A stretch of 64,000 nt of DNA from the NCBI RefSeq assembly GCF_035084215.1, contig NC_090362.1:14260001-14324000 (forward strand), read 5' to 3'. A program made the translations under genes and the position numbers. Shown piece after piece: positions 60,601-64,000 of the stretch (within the stretch, counting starts at the first letter, position 1; each line of letters begins with the position of its first letter). The notes beneath the pieces were generated by a model. The model worked only from the letters and a program-made list of their open reading frames with translations. It made no database searches and was not told the origin of the DNA. This stretch comes from Heptranchias perlo (Eukaryota).

Positions 60601-61518
60601 CTGATTGCCTCTCGGTGGACCACTCGGTTTGAACTGGAGAGTCCGAGTTAAACTCTCAGATACGACAGGCGTCATTGTCTTCCCCGAATATAAAAATCGG
60701 GGTGAGAGTAGAGGGCAGCAGGGGGTGAGATTTTGGAATGAGATTTAACACCTAATGAAAATTCACAGAAAGCCCAAATAATTAACGAGTGAGGCATCGA
60801 CACCTTGAGACACAAAAAAAAAAGGTGGTGGGGAAAAAATGGACTTGCTTTGAATGAAGACAAGTTGCTTAATTGCCATTGTCTGTTGATTTGAACTGAA
60901 ATTGTGAAGAAAAAAATGTCTCCCGTCCTGTTTTATCAAAAAAATTGTGCCATTCGTATCACTGGATAATTCAATTTTTTTGAGCCATAAAATAGGTGCT
61001 TGAATTAACCGAAGTAGGCCGTACATGAGCATATTTTAAAGTCATTGTACAGCTCTGTCACACAGTACGTACAGCAGAATACATCATCACATTGGTTGTC
61101 AGTGCCACTGCGCACACATTGGGACTTTGTATTGTTCAGAAGTCGGAATACTTTGACAAGTCCTTGGGATTTGGCTGACTCGGTCAATGTGCACCTGCAG
61201 CCCTTATTGGGGCATTGGGAAGGGGGCCATTCGATTTCTCGAGTGTCCTGATTACCATTTTGAGCTGCCTGCCCCCCAGAGTTGTCCGCTGAGCCAGTGG
61301 AAGCAGCGCTGCGACGAGAAGAGAAATCTTGGAGATGCCAATACTACACGGCAGAGGGATCCCCCCTCCCCCCCCAATCCATACCTGCTGGCCAGTTCTG
61401 GAGATGGTGGCTGTCATGGTAACCATGAATCCCCAAGGGTTGCTAACTCAGCAGTAACTCGTAGGGATTTGTTTTTATAAATTTGGGTTTGGTTCCTTTG
61501 ATACCAGTTAATCACTAA

Positions 61519-61808
61519 GACGTTAAACCGAGGCCTCGTCTGCACTCGCGTCTCAGCTGGATGTAAAAGATCCCACTGCATTATTTTGAAGGCGAGCAGG
61601 GGAGTTCTCCCCGGTGTCCTGGGGCCAATATTTATCCCTCAACCAACACAGATTATCTGGTCGTTATCACATTGCTGTTTGTGAGATCTTGCTGCACGCA
61701 AATTGATTGCTGCGTTTCTTACATTACAACAGTGAATACACTTCAAAAGTACTTTGTTGGACGTCTTGAGGTTGTGAAAGGCGCTATAGAAATGCAAGTC
61801 TTTCTTTC
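61519..61808 (+). mobile_element. Deu-domain SINE, 5' truncated
   Basis: GACGTTAAACCGAGGCC...GAAAGGCGCTATAGAAATGCAAGTCTTTCTTT. Confidence 0.85.
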
Positions 61809-61888
61809 ATTAACGACAAGCCAACCAGCTTTCCCTGTTTATCTTTTGTTCTTTCACAATTATTTTTTTCTCGTCATCCTGTATGTAC

Positions 61889-62485
61889 TTTTCAAAAGGC
61901 ATTTGATAAGGTGCCACATAAAAGGTTGTTACACAAGATAAGGGCTCATGGGTCTCCTTATCTAAGGAAGGATATACTTGCCTTAGAGGCGGTGCAGCGA
62001 AGGTTCATAGATTAATTCCTGGGATGAGAGGGTTGTCCTATGAAGAGAGGTTGAGTAGAATGGGCCTATACTCTCTGGAATTTAGAAAAATGAGAGATGA
62101 TCTAATTGAAACATATACGGTTATGAGGGGGCTTGACAGGGTAGATGCTGAGAGGTTGTTTCCCATGGCTGGAGAGCCTAGAACTAGAGGGCATAGTCTC
62201 AGGATAAGGGGTCGGCCATTTAAGACTGAGATGAGGAGGAATTTCTTCACTGAGGGTTGTGAACCTTTGGAATTCTCTCCCCCAGAGGGCTGTGGATGCT
62301 CAGTCGTTGAATGTATTCAAGGCTGAGAGAGACAGATTTTTGGACTCTAGAAGAATCAAGGGATATGGGGATAGGGTGGGAAAGTGGAGTTGAGGTCGAA
62401 GATCAGCCATGATCTTACTGAATGGCGGAGCAGGCTCGAGGGGCCATGTGGCTTAATCCTGCTCCTATTTCTTATGTTCTTATGT
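61889..62485 (+). mobile_element. CR1 fragment (DFQKAFDKVPH region joined by a large deletion to the 3' end)
   Basis: TTTCAAAAGGCATTTGATAAGGTGCCACAT, then MRGLSYEERLSRMGLYSLEFR..., ending in a TTCTTATG-repeat tail. Confidence 0.88.
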
Positions 62486-62546
62486 GTTCTGCATTTTATC
62501 TATTTTTCCTTCTCGTAAGTATTATCTCCCTATCTTTTTAAAGATA

Positions 62547-62956
62547 AGAAAGATCTCGCATTTAGATAGCGCCTTTCACGACCTCTGGATCTCCCAAAGT
62601 GCTTCTCAGCCAATAAAATACTTTTGAAGTCTTGTTACCGTTGTTACGTAGGCAAACGTGGCTGTCAATTTGCAAGCAGCAATATCCCACAAACAGCATT
62701 GAGGTAAACGATCAGTTGAATGAGGGATAAGTGTTGGACAGGACTTCAAATAGTGCCATGGGATCTTTTATATCCACTGAACAGGCAGGCAAGGCGTCCG
62801 TTTAATGCCTCCTCTGAAAGACGGCACCTCCCAACAGTGCAGCACTCCCTCAGTACTGAACTGAAGTGTCAGCCTAGATTATTTGCTGAAGTCCTGCAGT
62901 GGGACTTGAACTCACAACCTTCTGATTCAGTGGTGAAAGGTGTTACCACTGAGCCA
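62547..62956 (-). mobile_element. Deu-domain SINE
   Basis: Reverse complement from tail to head (GGGACTTGAAC..ACCACTGAGCCA). Confidence 0.85.
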
Positions 62957-64000
62957 ATCTGGCACTTCTTAAAATTCTCTCTGTTCCTCTCCTGAACTTG
63001 CTGGCCCGTGCTGGGGTACAGTTCCGTGGGTGCTGGCATTCCTCAATTGCCTCACCCAAATAGTCAGTTTTCAAAGTTGGGAAACCTAAGTGAAGGTCAA
63101 GAGCCATAGTGCAGCAGCAAGGTTGAGGAGAGAAGGTGAGGCAAATTAAGAAGGAATGATCAGGCAAAGCCAAGTATCTATGCTGAGGTTATTGTTTCAA
63201 GATACGTATCCATCAGCTCTCTTCATGGTTCAATTGGGAAATGCCCAATCCAGTGTTGAGCTGTATGGGTCAGGAAGGTATCAGGTTTGATCCTGTCAGT
63301 ACTGAGTTAGCTGATCTTAGCTGGCGATGGCGAGAGATGTTATTCAGTTGGCCTCAATGCCCCTTCACTTGGCAGGGCAAAAATTAGGCAGGGTTCCCAT
63401 TCTAGATTGCTATTGATTGACCTGTGTTGCAAAGAGAGCGCATGTCTACGTACTTAAGATGCAGACATTAATAGGCTCAATTATGACCCCCCACCACCCC
63501 CAGCCCTGTGGTTGTATACTTTGCTGGCACTCATTGTCTAGGTTCAGATATGAAGGTCGAGGTGCCTAAGGGCACGTGTTGAACTGTAGCACAGCATGAG
63601 TTGTGCCTTCAGGACAGGAGGGGAGAGAACCTGGAGGGGAATTTTTTTTTAAAAGATTGAACACAATTACAGTACAACAAAGGCAAACAGAAAACTTTTA
63701 ACAAAGGGGCATTAGACTGAAACATAATCCGCAGGGAGTCAGCTCTTAAGGGGTGAATGAAGTCGGTTGTCAGTACAGTTAATCCTCTCACTCAGAGCGG
63801 CTGACGACATCCGTCATATAATTCCCCAAAGACGGCTTCTAGAAAAGTCACGTGGGTTTTATTTTCCAATTATTCAAGGGAAATTGAGGTTTTTCTTCAA
63901 TGTCCCGTGACTTCTCCAACACGCTGCTGCTGCTGCTGTAACTATCACCACGACACCCATTGTATCTCTGTGCAGATCCAGTCCAGTTTCCCACCGTAGG

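Noticed and set aside
61187-61480. Cys-containing ORF as possible receptor exon 3
   Set aside because: It lacks the CP..C...C....CCH..C.G.C furin-like spacing. I found no exon 3 candidate in the window.
63725-63735. TAATCCGCAGG, the reverse complement of the GC-minisatellite core
   Set aside because: An isolated 11-bp match with no flanking similarity, compatible with chance.

Overview
Eukaryotic vertebrate genomic DNA, inferred to be shark/elasmobranch from its repeat content (Deu-domain SacSINE1-like SINEs, CR1 and L2 LINEs, Penelope ends). The only host coding sequence I can support is one 549-bp phase 1-1 exon (28775-29323, +). It encodes the L1 domain and the start of the Cys-rich region of an insulin-receptor-family kinase, equivalent to exon 2 of INSR/IGF1R/INSRR. 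Its residues are mixed, and my best guess is INSRR-like. Exons 1 and 3 were not found, so the rest appears to be intron, densely filled with SINEs, LINE fragments, one 3.4-kb decayed CR1 and three kinds of minisatellite. Main leads: (1) a 67-bp unit that is near-identical between loci but sits inside old, diverged copies of a dispersed host element; (2) Penelope-derived palindromes carrying minimal hammerhead ribozyme motifs, one a perfect 184-bp spacerless palindrome; (3) a Penelope insertion whose arms enclose an inverted copy of neighbouring satellite DNA; (4) a near-identical ~2.4-2.6 kb tandem duplication of a GC-rich minisatellite block; (5) inverted repeats on both sides of a frame-symmetric exon, a circRNA candidate. 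Everything was read by eye. Boundaries of old repeats are approximate and no database search was run.
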